DNA of 64,000 nt from an uncultured delta proteobacterium (GCA_963737265.1 CAVTRY010000007.1:32001-96000); one strand, 5' to 3'; positions 37,687 through 49,537 are shown, numbered from the stretch's first letter. Translations and numbers: made by a program. The notes: a model not told the origin generated them from the letters alone.

Positions 37687-38433
37687 TCAATCGATTTGTG
37701 ACGACGGGGCTGTTGCGGCTGTGGCCACCGTCAAGACGCAGGCTCCCTCTTGCCGCCAGACGATTCGAACGGATTGCTCGAAGGGTTGTCGAAACGTGTG
37801 GAGCGGCGTTTTGATGTACGACTCCGCGGAAAGTTTCACATCCATGGGCAACCAACCCACCGGACAGCCAAAAAACATCTTACCGACCAGGTTTACCACA
37901 ATGGAGCGCGTGTCCACCCGCAAACCCAGGCCCAGCAGCTTGAGGACGGCCTCCTTGGCGCTCCACAGGCGGGCGACAACCAGATCGCGCTCCGCTCCCG
38001 CCTGGTCCGCCATCTCCGCCTCGTCGTCGGCGAAAAACTGCCTGACCAGCGCAAGATCGCGCGACTCGATGGTTTCCACGTCCGCCCCGATGTGAACACT
38101 TGGATCCATCGACGAAGCCGCCATCCCGATGTCGCTGCGATGGGAAATCGAAATGGGATACGGCCATCCGCCCTGCCCTTCGATGAGAACGAAGGGCGCA
38201 CCCGACGGCTGGTTGAGCACGCTAATTGTGTCGTCGCGCAAGGCTGGGTCACGCGCCACTTCGCGCACGAGCTGTTTGGCCGCCGCCCGGCCGAGCAGCC
38301 ATTTCCGTCGCCGCGGCAAGAATGCCAGCCCGGCGAGATTCGCCTCCTCGCGCGGACTCAGCAATCCGGGCCACGCCTGGCCCTGCTCCAGCGACGGGTG
38401 CTCGTGGGCATGAACCAGGACATAGCGAAACAT
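37687..38433 (-). CDS. Sfp-type 4'-phosphopantetheinyl transferase
   Basis: WLLGRAAAK, GAP, SISH, IGADVE, WSAKEAVLK; ATG overlaps the synthase TGA (TGATG). Confidence 0.9.
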   Translation of the reverse strand: MFRYVLVHAHEHPSLEQGQAWPGLLSPREEANLAGLAFLPRRRKWLLGRAAAKQLVREVARDPALRDDTISVLNQPSGAPFVLIEGQGGWPYPISISHRSDIGMAASSMDPSVHIGADVETIESRDLALVRQFFADDEAEMADQAGAERDLVVARLWSAKEAVLKLLGLGLRVDTRSIVVNLVGKMFFGCPVGWLPMDVKLSAESYIKTPLHTFRQPFEQSVRIVWRQEGACVLTVATAATAPSSQID

Positions 38434-41400
38434 CAGCTGGCCACGTTGCGGAACGGGCGCGCTTCTTCCTCGGGCAGGGTGTTCGGCATGCGCGAGGTGC
38501 GGTAGCCCTCAAGCTCGACGTGGACCCTGCCTTCGCCGTCGCGCACGCGGGCGCTGAACGAAAGTCCGCCCGTGCTCGGATGGGCGGTCACCTCGGCGAC
38601 CAGCGGGCCACCGTTCATCGACGGGTCGCGCACGGTCACGCGATCGACCGCCGCGGGCAAGGCAAGCTGGCCGCTGTGGCCGATTTCCCAGACCCCGGCG
38701 GTCTGGAAGCACAGCTCAATGAGACGCGGCCCCACGACGCTGCCGTGGCTCGGGTTGGTCGTGTCGATCGGCAGATTAGCCGTCATGCAGCCAATCACCT
38801 GATTGGGCCCGGCGCTTTCCACGCGGTCGAGCACCCGGTAGGCCGGGCCGTGGAAGAACACGCGATAGATGTCGTCGCGGCCGATCTCGGGATCGGTGCG
38901 ATGGAAGGCCTGCACGCGTTGATCGTCGAGGGCCGATGGCGCAAGCACGACCACGCCCGAGAAATGAAGTTTCTCTTCGGGCTCGCGGCCGACGATGGTT
39001 TGCACCGACGACAGCGTGGTGAAGACGCGTACGCGGCCGTCGGCCGACAATACCGGCCGGGCGCGCACGATGGCGGCGCGCGGTTCGTGGCGGTAGTACT
39101 TCATGGGCGCGAGGAAGCGCAGATTTTCCAAACCCACGACGTGGTGGCTGGGAACCAGCAGCCACCCGGCTTCCGCGAATGTCTCGATTCCCATCACACC
39201 TGGAAGCACGGGAATCCCGTCGATGGCGTGATCGTAGAGGAAGGGCTCGGCCTTGGGATCGAGCTTCATCTCGGCGCTAAGGCCGTCGTGCAGATGAAAG
39301 CTAACCTGGGTAAAGGGCAAGGGCAGCGACCGGTCTTGTGCGCGTGCTTGCAAGCTGCCCTCGATGTCGAGGCCGCCATCCTTGTCCACGGGATCAAGCA
39401 AGATTCCGAGACGGCGGCCGACCACCGCCTCGCCCGAGTAGCCGGCGAGAAGAGCGTTGCGAATGACCGGCAAGCCCTCGGCTGGGTCGAGCATGTCGAT
39501 TCCGGCGCGCTTCATGATCTCGGGGATGCTTCCGCGCGTGGCCATGCCGATGCCGCCCCACGCGGTCCAGTCGAGGGCGATGCCTTGCGAGCCGGGACGC
39601 GCGGCGGCCCACCACGAGACCGTCTTGCACATGAAGTCGTTGCCAGCGCTGTAGTCGGCTTGGCCGGCGTTACCGAAGCGGCCCGCCACCGACGAGAAGA
39701 CGACAATGGCCTTCACGTCCACGTCGCGCGTGGACGCCATCAGGTTGAACAAACCGTCGGCCTTGACGCGAAAGACCAGATCGAATTCCTCGACCGGCTT
39801 GCGATCGAGCGAGCGACTGCGTTCGAGCCCGGCCGCGTGCAGGATCACGTCAACCTTGCCGCTTTGTTCGCGGATGTTTTCCACCACGGCACGGACGGCG
39901 CTTCCGTCCAGGACGTCGACCTGACGATAGAAAGCGCGGCCGCCCGCCTCTTCGACCGAGCGCAGGGCTTCGAGGATGCCCGCCTGCCGTTCGAGGTCGA
40001 AGAGTTTCTCCTCGACCTGCGCTGGCGTGGCGCGGCCCTTCTCGGCCTTCATCGTCTCATACACCTCGCGCTTGGCACCTTCGCGATCCTTGACCACCTT
40101 TTCCAGCAGGGGCCGTTCGCTCTCGGGCGGCATCTGCCGCGCGTTCGAGCAAATAGAAGGTCCCACGCGAAGCGGCCGCTAGATCACGCACGATGGCCAC
40201 GGTGATGGCGCCCGCTCCGCCGGTGACGGCGAACACCGAGTCGGCATCCAGCTTGAACGGCGCCTTGGCGTCGCTGGGAATGGCCGACAGAAGCTCGACG
40301 GCCACGCTCACGCGCAGGCTGCCCTGATAGCCGATTTCGACCGCGCCGGGATCGCGCTCGGTCTCGTCGAGCAACGCGCGCGCCACGACCTCGCTCGGCA
40401 TGTCTACCGGAAAGTCCACCGCCTTGACCATGGCCTCTGGCCGTTCGCGCTTGGCAGCTTTGACGAAACCAACGACGGCGCCGCCCAGTGGATTGCTCGC
40501 ACCGCCCGGCGCGTAGCCATGATGGCCGCCCATGCGGGTCGCGGCGATGAGGAAGGTGCCCGGATTGGCGAACGTGTCGTACAGGCCGCGCACCGCCCCG
40601 TGCAACAGCAGCACGCGATCGTGGTAGAGCTTGCGGAACTCGACCAGATCGATCTCGGCCAGCGATGGGCACGGATCGAGCGAGGCCAGAAAGTACATAC
40701 CAGCGATCGGGCCTGTGGCCGCCCACTCGCGCAGGGCGTGCTCGATCTCGGCGCGTTCGGGCCGCGCATCGATGCGCAGGACCTGGGCGCCCCGTCGTTC
40801 GAGCTCTTCGCACAGCAGCTTTCCCGCACCTTCATAGTCGGCAACCACGACGACGCGACTGCCCTTGTCCAGGCGCACCGGCGTGGCCTTGCACGCCGCC
40901 AGCGGCGGGCGCAGGACCAAGGTCGGCCGGCGAAGCACGCCGCTTTCGAAGGAATTGGCGGGCGAAACGGCCGGCGCCGCAATCGGCGCGGGCGCCGGTG
41001 CAGCCGCGGGCGTGGCTGCGACCGACGGCGCCGCGGCGGCTCCGGCGACATTCTTCTTCACGAACTCGATCACGTGGCGAAGCGTCGGGTAGTCGCGCAG
41101 CTTCAACTCCTCCTGGCGAGGGATATTGAATTCCTCGCGCACCATCGCGAACACCTCGGCTTGCTTGACCGTATCGACGCCGAGATCGGCCTCCAAATCC
41201 AGGTCCAGCTCCAGCATGTCGCTGGGATAGCCGGTCTTCTCGGCCACCATGCCCAGCACCTTTTCGACGATGGCGTCGCCCACCGTCGCTGTGGTCGTGG
41301 CCGTGGCTGTGGTCGTGGCCGTGGCCGTGGCCGTGGCCGGCCCCGTCGCAGTCGCGAGCCCCAGGCTCTGCTCGACATAGCCAATCACGTGGCGAAGCGT

Positions 41401-44400
41401 CGGATAATCGCGCAGCTTCAGGTTCTCCTGGCGCGGGATCTTGAACTCCTCGCGCACCATCGCGAACACCTCGGCCTGTTTGACCGTGTCCACGCCGAGA
41501 TCGGCTTCCAGATCGAGGTCCAGCTCCAGCATGTCACGCGGATAGCCGGTCTTTTCCGCCACCATGCCCAGCACCTTTTCGACGATGGTGTTGTCAGACG
41601 GCGTGGCGGCGACCGCGGCTGGCGTCGCCGCGGAACTAGCGGCAGGCACCGCCGCCACCACCGCTGGGGTCGGCGAAGTCACCCCGGCGCGAACAACGCC
41701 GCTCTCCTCGACATAGCGAACCACGTGGCGAAGAGTCGGGTAGTCGCGCAGCTTCAGGTTGTCCTGGCGAGGAATGGTGAACGTTTCGCGCACCATCGCG
41801 AACACCTCGGCTTGCTTGACGGTGTCGACGCCCAGGTCGGCTTCTAGATCCAGGTCAAGCTCAAGCATGTCGCGCGGGTATCCGGTCTTTTCCGCGACGA
41901 TGCCTAGCACCTTATCGAGAACATCAGCGCCGGTTGAAAGCACCGCCGCGACGGCAATCGGCGCCGTCGCGATGGGCGCCACCGCAGCAGCGGGCAAGGC
42001 CGGAACCGGCGCACCAGCCAGATCCGGCCGGCCACTTTGTACATAACCAACCACGTGACGCAGCGTCGGGTAGTCGCGCAACTTGAGGTTGTCCTGGCGA
42101 GGAATAGCAAACTCCTCGCGCACCATCGCGAATACCTCGGCCTGCTTGACGGTGTCGATGCCGAGATCCGCTTCGAGGTCGAGGTCCGGATCCAGCATGT
42201 CGCGGGGATACCCGGTCTTCTCGGCCACGATGCCGAGCACTTTGTCGAGGACGCTGCCACCCGCGAGAACAATCGGCGCTGCCGCCGTCAGTGTCGGCGC
42301 GGGCGCCGGAAGGGTCGCGGGCGCCGTTGCGGCCAAAGGCACAGTCTTCGCCACCGGTGTCACGGTGGTAGCCACATCCGCAATCGTCGCGCTTGGCCCC
42401 GTGCCAGGCAGCCATTGCGACTGCGCCGGTTCGCGCGCGGGCTGTCCGGCGTCCTTGATGCGTAGGGTTCTCTTGTGCACTTCCAGGCCGGGCGCGGCGT
42501 AGCCGGACACATCGGCCAACCAACGGTCGTAGGTTGCCTGATCGGCGATACGCTGTTCAACGCCCGGCACGCGCCGAAGCAGCGACATGGCGATCTGCGA
42601 TCCGAAGCCGGCGGCCAGGCGCAGGGCGAACTTCACCGGGTAGTGACCGCCGCGCGACAGATTGAGCGTGCCCAGCTCCGGATCGGGCTCGCGGAAATTG
42701 GGCACAGGCGGCACGATCTGCTTTTCCAGGATCTTGACCGCCACGGCGTCCTCGACGCCGACCCCCATGGGATGACCGGTGAAGCCCTTGGTGTTGGCCA
42801 CGACCAAATCATCGGCCGCGGCGCCGAAGGTCTTACGCAAAGCGAACACCTCGGCCGCCGCGCTGCCGCCGCGCGCGGGCGTGTAGGTTTCGTGCGAGAT
42901 GAAGGCCAGCTCCTTGGCCATGGCTTGGCGATGGAGACCGTGCCGACGCTCAACCGTCGACACGAGCTTCTCCATCACGCCTTCGATGTGCGAGACGTCG
43001 AGGCGCGTGCCGTGAAAGGCGCTGTTGGCGAATTCCGTGCCCAGCACCTCGACCACGCCGCGCATGCCGCGTTCGCGCACGGCATCCTCAGACTCGATGA
43101 CCAGCGCGCAAGCACCCATGCCCATCAACATGCCGTGGCGGCGGCGATCGAACGGCAGAGCGGCGCGCTCGACCACGTTCTCGGTCGTGGCGGCGCCCGT
43201 GGCCAAGAAACCCGCGCCCATCCATTCCAGCAGATTGTCCGAGGTCAAATCGTCCGCGCCAATCACGATCACGCGACGGCAACGTCCCATACGGATCCAG
43301 TCTTCGGCCATCCCCACCGCAACCGTGGTCGACGCGCAAGCCGAGTTGACCTGGGTGTTGGGGCCGCGAATACCGAGCATCTCGGCGAACTGGGCATGAC
43401 CCATGGACAGAACGCGGAACATGAAGCCGCGGTCGAATTGAAAGTCGCTCTTCGTTTCGCGGGCTTCGTAGAAGCGGCGGATTTCGCTCACCAGGTTGTC
43501 GTAGCCGGGAAAGGCCGAGGCGAAGATCACCCCGGTTTCGTCCGCCATGGCGAGCGGCAGGCGCCAGCGATCCGGCAAGTAGCTGCCGGTGGTAGTCCGC
43601 CGATAGTGGCGAACGAGCGGGATGCCGGCGTCGCGCAGAGCCTCGATGCCGGCGCCGATAGCGAGCGCGGTGGTGGTATCGAAGACGTCGCTACGCTCTC
43701 TCGACACGCCGAATTCCTCGACCAAATTGAAGGCGCCCTTGCGGCCCGCCAAGCGAATGACCTCGTCGACCGACTGGATAGGTTCCAGGCTGGGCTCGCC
43801 GACTTCGCGCTTGTGCAGACGGACGATGTTCTTGCCCAGCATGCGCTCACGCAACACCGGCGGTACGGGCTCGATGAAGGACTCGCCGGCCAAAATGCGA
43901 TCCACATTGCTGTCGTCGAAGACGCGGCGGCTTTCCCCCGGCAGGCCCAATCCCGCGCCCGAAATCACGATGGAGCCTCCTGTCCGCGAAGGCTCGGGCG
44001 CTGGTGCTCGACCTCCGCTTCCTTGGTAGAGCGACAAACCCTCGTCGAGAAAACGCGCGAACAAACGTCCCAGGCCCTCGTAGTCCGTCGGGCCGGCGGC
44101 GGCGGATGGTAAGCCGGAAGATGAACCCGAAGATGAACCAATCCGATTCGTGCTCATGGCGATGGAAGCTCCATTCGATTGCGTGGGATTGTCGCTCGGG
44201 GCCGCGTTGCGCGCAGCCGGAGCGGCGGTTTGGATCTCTCGAATCCGGGCCAGCAGTTCTGGCCTGGGAATGCCCGCGGCGTACAGGCAGCACATGGCAT
44301 CGTGGAACGAGCGCACGCCGCCCCGCTTGGGGTGATTGGTGGATAGACAAAGGACGTCGTGCTTGTCCTCAAGCACGTTCTCGGCGAGCGCTTGCAGCGC

Positions 44401-47077
44401 GCGCTTGGGGCCGACTTCGACGAAGATGCGCGCGCCCTCGCGGTAGCAGGTTTCGATGCCCTTGACGAACTGGACCGACGACGCCATCTGGTCCGCCAGG
44501 CGGCGACGGATAAGCTCCATGTCGTTTGTCGGATAGAGCTGTCCGTCGATGTTGCCAACCAGCGGGATGCTGGGCGGATTGAGCTGCATCTCGCAGATGG
44601 TTCGGTAGAGGGCATCCGCGGCGGGCGCAACCACCTTGCTGTGGAAGGCGTGCGACACGGGAATGATCTGCGCGGTCATGCCGCGATTGTTGAAGTAGTC
44701 GACCGCGCGATCCACGGCGTCGCTGGCACCGGCAATCACCGTCTGTTTCTTGCTGTTCATGTTGGCCGGCGTAAGATAGCCGCCGATCTCGGGCAAGCGC
44801 CGCACGATCTCGTCCGTGGGACCCAGCACCGAGGCCATCTTGCCCTTGTCGCCGATGGACACCGAAGCCATGGCGCGAGCACGCGCGCTTACCGCCACCA
44901 GCGCCTCGGAGAAATTGATCATGCGGGCGCAGACGGCGGCCGCCCATTCGCCCAGGCTGTGCCCCATCACCATATCGGGGACGACGCCATGCTTCGCCAG
45001 CAAGCGCATGATGGCGATGTCGGTCGCCACCATGGCGGGCTGGCAGATGGTCGTGTCCTTGAGCGCCTCTTCGGCATCTTCCATGGCTGCCGCGTCGTTC
45101 GCGTCCCGATAGACGTAGCTGGTCAGCGGGCGGCCAAGAACGGGAGCCATCGTCCGATCGGCTTCCGCGAAGGTTTCGCGTACGATGGGATCGGGAACAT
45201 CGGCCAGCATGTTGACGTACTGGGATCCCTGGCCGGGAAAGAGAAAGGCAACCTTGCCCGCCGGGCCCTGGCGAAAATGAATGCCCTTGGTTTGCAGGAT
45301 CCGCCATTTTCTGGCGTCGTTCTTGTCGAGGGCGTTCGAGCGCGCTCTCGCACTTCTTCGCCAGCTCTTCCGCCTTCTCAAAAGCGATGACCAAGCGAGT
45401 GTGGGCGCCCAGAAAATCCGCGCCGGGCGGCGTGCCGTCGGGAACCTTGCCGGCCTGGGCATCGGCCAGCGCTTGGACGAGGCGCGCACGTACCGAGCCA
45501 GCATCAGCGCCACCCACGGCAAGCATGTGGCCGAGAAGCGATGGCCGGTTGTCGGTTCCTCCGGAAACGGCGACCGAGCCTGGAGCCAAGGAGGAACCGC
45601 TGTCATAGGAGGCCGGAACCTGCGCCACTGGCTGCCGTTTGCCGATCATGCCGGGCACGTACTCCTCGACCACGACGTGAAAATTCGTACCACCAAAGCC
45701 GAAAGCCGAGACGCCGCAGCGCCGGGGCGCGAACGACGGTCGCTCCCACGGCCGCGCCTTGGTATTCACTTCGAACGGGATCTTGTCGAAGGGAATGGCC
45801 GGGCTGCGCACGTCGCAGTTGATGGACGGCGGCAGGATCTTGTGGTGGCAGGCAAGCACCGCTTTGAGCAGGCCCGCGGCGCCCGCGGCGCTCTTGAGGT
45901 GGCCGATCTGCGACTTGACCGAACCCAACGCGATTTTGTGCTTGATGGGCGTGCCTTCCGCCAACACGCTGGCGGCGCTCTCCATTTCGGACAGGTCGCC
46001 CACCTGGGTCGACGTCCCGTGGCCTTCGAGCAAGGTCATGGTCGCCGGATCGAGGCCGGCACGACGCCACGCCCGTTGGATGGCCAGGCGCTGTCCAATG
46101 GGATTAGGGGCCGTGATGCCCTTACCGCGACCGTCGCTCGCCCCGCCCACGCCGCGAATCACGGCGTAAATCTTGTCGCCGGCTTTTTCCGCGTCCTCCA
46201 GGCGCTTGCACACGAAGAAGGCACCGCCCTCGCCCATGACGAAGCCATTGGCGCCGGCGGCGTAGGGACGCGAGCCATCCGGCGACAAGGCGCCGATCTT
46301 GGAGAATTTGATGAAGGTGGTGGCACCCATGTTGCGGTCCATGCCGCCCGTCAGCGCCACTTCGAAGTGGTGATCGGCCAGGCTGTCCATGGCCGCCTGC
46401 ACGCCCGCCAAGGCCGACGCGCAGGCCGCGTCGGTGGTGAAATTGGGACCGCGCAGGTTGTAAACCGCGGCCACGCGACCGGCGACGATGTTGGTGAGCT
46501 CGCCCGGCATGGTGTCTTCGTTGGTATCCGGCCACCGTCGGTTGATCTCGGCGGAAAAGTCGGCCACCAGGGCAGCGCGTGCCGACTCGGGCAAGACCTT
46601 GAACGCGGCAGTCGCGCCGATGGCGTGCAGGTATTCGGGAAGCGCCAGACGATGCACGGTCTCATAGTGGCGCTCGCCACCCATGGCGTTGCCCACGATG
46701 ACCGCGGTCGATTCGGTGTCGAGTGGGCGGTCGGGATGGCCGGTGTCGCGCAGGGCTTCGCCTGCACACAGCAGTGCCCACTTTTGCCCTTCGTCCATGG
46801 CCATCGCCACGCGCGGTGGGATCTTAAACTTGGTCGAGTCGAACGAAACGCCGCTGACCCAGCCGCCGATTTTCGAATAGGTCTTGCCCGGCGCCTTGGG
46901 ATCGGGATCGTAGTAATCGGCGGCGCTCCAGCGCGCGGGGCTCACCTCGGTGATCGAATTCCTGCCTTCAAGCACGTTGCGCCAGAAACTCGGCGCATCG
47001 GATGAACCGGGCAAAATCGCGCCCACGCCCACAACTGCAATGGCGCGTTCGGCCGGATCCCGTGTCGAACTACTCAT
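38433..47077 (-). CDS. PfaA-like iterative type I PKS/FAS, KS-AT-KS-(ACP)4-KR-DH, about 2880 aa, interrupted by two +1 indels (about 45335 and 40144)
   Basis: KS1 DAACAS/HGTST/KSQIGH; AT PGQGSQ/GHSLG/HAFH; KS2 NSACAS/SHETYT/KGFTGH; 4 ACPs (EKTGYP..DLEADLG[IV]DT); KR VTGGAG/GQADYSAGN; DH DHAIDGIPVLPG; the three ORFs are each offset by exactly +1 nt. Confidence 0.9.
41060..42255 (-). repeat. Four tandem ACP-domain repeats separated by Ala/Pro/Thr-rich linkers
   Basis: Near-identical ~70-aa units at about 42040-42255, 41710-41925, 41370-41590 and 41060-41275; (ACGGCC)n-like linker at about 41285-41345. Confidence 0.9.
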
Positions 47078-47175
47078 CGATCAACTTCCTCCAACTTCGA
47101 TCCTGGTGACAGAACAAGGCAGTCGCAGCCCGGTTCCATACCTCGGTTTACTTCCTTGGCTAGCACGTGAGACTG

Positions 47176-48840
47176 TCACTGCGGCAACGCCGCATCTTGC
47201 TCGACGATGGCCTTGGCAACTATCTCAAGGTCGGCCATGAGCCCCTTGGCCGAGGCGTGAATGGCGCTCGACTGCAAGGCGCGCTCGAATTCCGCCATCG
47301 CCGCGTCGTCGACGGCATCCATGCCGCGAACCAGACGAACGCCACCGGCCAGGACATCGAGCGCGGTGTCGCGCGCGCAGATCCGCGACATGACCTTCAC
47401 CACGCTGGGGGCGAAAAATGGTGCGTACTTTTCCGGCGCACGACCGGCGGCGTAGCGAGCAAAATTGGCCGCGATTTCGGCGCGCGACATGAGCTCGCCA
47501 AGTTGGAAAAGCACGTGCTGATTGCGAGTGAGCCGGCCGACGCGGCAACGTTCGGTGATTTCGAGCACGGCCCTGACGGCCAGGGCGGCGACGTCGGCGC
47601 CGACCTGACTATCTTCGCGGTGCAAGGCTTCGAGCGATTCGGCCATCTTACGATAGAAGCCGCCGCGCTCTTGCAGGTGGATGCGCCATCGGTCGCGCGA
47701 CACCGTCCACTGCATGATTTCGCTCGTTCCCTCGTAAATGGTGGTGATGCGCACGTCGCGACGGATCTGCTCCACCGCGTATTCCTTGGTGTAGCCGTAG
47801 CCACCCATGGCCTGCACTGCTGCGTCCGCGGCGGCGTTGCCCTCCTCGGTGGCGAACAGCTTCACGATGGCGCCCTCGGTTTGCAGCTCGGGTTCGCCCG
47901 CGTCCAGGCGATGTGCGACTTCCTCGATGTAGGCGCGCGCGGCTTCCAGCTTGACCACGTGAGGAACGATGAGCTTGTTCATGTAGCCCTGCTTTTCAGC
48001 CAGGGGCGATCCCGCCTGCACGCGCTCGCGCGCGTAGCGGATGGCCTTGAGCATGGCCGCCACGCCGCCGCCCAAGCCAAAAGCCGCGACCATCAGGCGC
48101 GTAAATCCAAATACCGACTGCGCGTGGATAAGTCCCTTGCCCTCGACGCCGCCAAGAAGGTTTTCCTTGGGAACGAAGACGTCCTCGAAGACGACCGGCG
48201 AGGTGTTCGACGAACGAATGCCGTGCTTGTTTTCATGTTTGCCTGGAATCAGTCCCGGCGTGCCCTTTTCGACCAGGAAGAACGTTGGTCCTTCGGTAGT
48301 CGCGGCCAAGACCGAATAGAGCTGGGCGTAGCCGCCGTTCGAGATGAACTGCTTGGTGCCGCTTATCTTGTAGCCTTTGAGCTCGCCGTTCTCGATCACG
48401 CGCTCGGCCTTGGTGCGGATGGCCGACAGCTCGCTGCCAGCGAGCGGCTCGGTCACGGCGTAGGCGACAATCAACCCCTCGTCGCCTATGCGCCGAAGCC
48501 AGTGCTTGCGCTGTTCCTCGGTAGAACCCACGACGATGGGATCGGTTCCGAGAAAGATGGCCAAGAAGGCCGTCGCGACACCGAGATCCAAGCGTGCCAT
48601 TTCCTCGGACACGCGGTACACGTCGTAGGCCGAACCGCCGAGCCCGCCGAGATCCTCGGGAATGAAGAGCAAATGTAGGCCAATCTCCGGCCCGAGCAGA
48701 TCCTGGATGAGACCGAGCGGGAACTCATCCTTCTCGTCGAGCTCGAGGCGAACCTTGGCCGGCAGCTTCTGCTTGCCAAACGACCCGAGGGTGTCGAGAA
48801 GCATGTTGAGCGATTCTTTGTCGAGTCCTGCGTTCTTCAT
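47176..48840 (-). CDS. Acyl-CoA dehydrogenase family protein with C-terminal extension
   Basis: AYAVTEPLAGS, GTKQFISNG, KHGIRSSNT, QAMGGYGY, IYEGT (catalytic Glu position). Confidence 0.92.
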   Translation of the reverse strand: MKNAGLDKESLNMLLDTLGSFGKQKLPAKVRLELDEKDEFPLGLIQDLLGPEIGLHLLFIPEDLGGLGGSAYDVYRVSEEMARLDLGVATAFLAIFLGTDPIVVGSTEEQRKHWLRRIGDEGLIVAYAVTEPLAGSELSAIRTKAERVIENGELKGYKISGTKQFISNGGYAQLYSVLAATTEGPTFFLVEKGTPGLIPGKHENKHGIRSSNTSPVVFEDVFVPKENLLGGVEGKGLIHAQSVFGFTRLMVAAFGLGGGVAAMLKAIRYARERVQAGSPLAEKQGYMNKLIVPHVVKLEAARAYIEEVAHRLDAGEPELQTEGAIVKLFATEEGNAAADAAVQAMGGYGYTKEYAVEQIRRDVRITTIYEGTSEIMQWTVSRDRWRIHLQERGGFYRKMAESLEALHREDSQVGADVAALAVRAVLEITERCRVGRLTRNQHVLFQLGELMSRAEIAANFARYAAGRAPEKYAPFFAPSVVKVMSRICARDTALDVLAGGVRLVRGMDAVDDAAMAEFERALQSSAIHASAKGLMADLEIVAKAIVEQDAALPQ

Positions 48841-49111
48841 TTCGTGTCTTGTCTCCTGCACGGATCTTCGTCGAAAGGCAATCCCCGCCTGCGCGGCGGA
48901 CGATGCTGGCACAAGCTGGCCTAGAATCAAAACAGGGATCGACGGCGCAATCCGTCGACCCCTGCTTCGCGATACAACTACCTGTAATTATTAGTCACGA
49001 TCTGACGCGTCCGGATTGCAGACTTTGCCCTGGTCTAACCCGGATCCGTGCTGCGCGGGAAACTCCGCGAAATCGAAACACCACGCAGCCCCGTCGACTC
49101 GGCCTGGGCCG

Positions 49112-49537
49112 CTATTTCCAGCGGCTGTCCCCGCCTTCCTTTTCCTTTTCCTTTTCCTTCTTGGCCTTCTCCGCGGCTTTCTCCTTTTCGCGCTGAGCCT
49201 GGGCCTTTTTTGCCTCGGCCTGGGCCTTTTTATCCTTCTCTTTGATCTTTTTGAGCGCCAGCTCCGCCGCCTTTTCCTCGTCGTGTCGACGTTTGGCTGC
49301 GCACTCGGGCGGCTCGCAGTCGTTCTCGCACGCGCACTTGAGCTTCGCCTTGCTCACCCTGTTGCAGTGGCACTTGTCGTCCTTGTCGCGGTAGCAACCG
49401 CACGCATTGATCTCCGTGGCAGCGGGTGGAGGCTCGGCTTCGACCTGGGAATCGCCCTTCTTTGCTTTCGCCTGGGAAAGAGGAGCGAAGAATGTCACCA
49501 GGCCAAGCACCATCATTGTGGAAAGCAGCAGCCGCAT
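49112..49537 (-). CDS. Secreted Cys-cluster protein with Lys/Glu-rich tail
   Basis: AAGGAG RBS, signal peptide, CGC..CHC..CAC..C..C cluster, then KE-rich helix. Confidence 0.7.
   Translation of the reverse strand: MRLLLSTMMVLGLVTFFAPLSQAKAKKGDSQVEAEPPPAATEINACGCYRDKDDKCHCNRVSKAKLKCACENDCEPPECAAKRRHDEEKAAELALKKIKEKDKKAQAEAKKAQAQREKEKAAEKAKKEKEKEKEGGDSRWK

Noticed and set aside
41060-42255. Regularly spaced repeats as a possible CRISPR or non-coding array
   Set aside because: Units are about 210-nt in-frame ACP domains with synonymous variation; no cas genes in the window
38433-47077. PKS as three separate genes or a pseudogene
   Set aside because: The breaks fall mid-protein, each is exactly +1 nt at the same TTCGAGC motif, and all catalytic motifs are intact; best explained as sequencing indels
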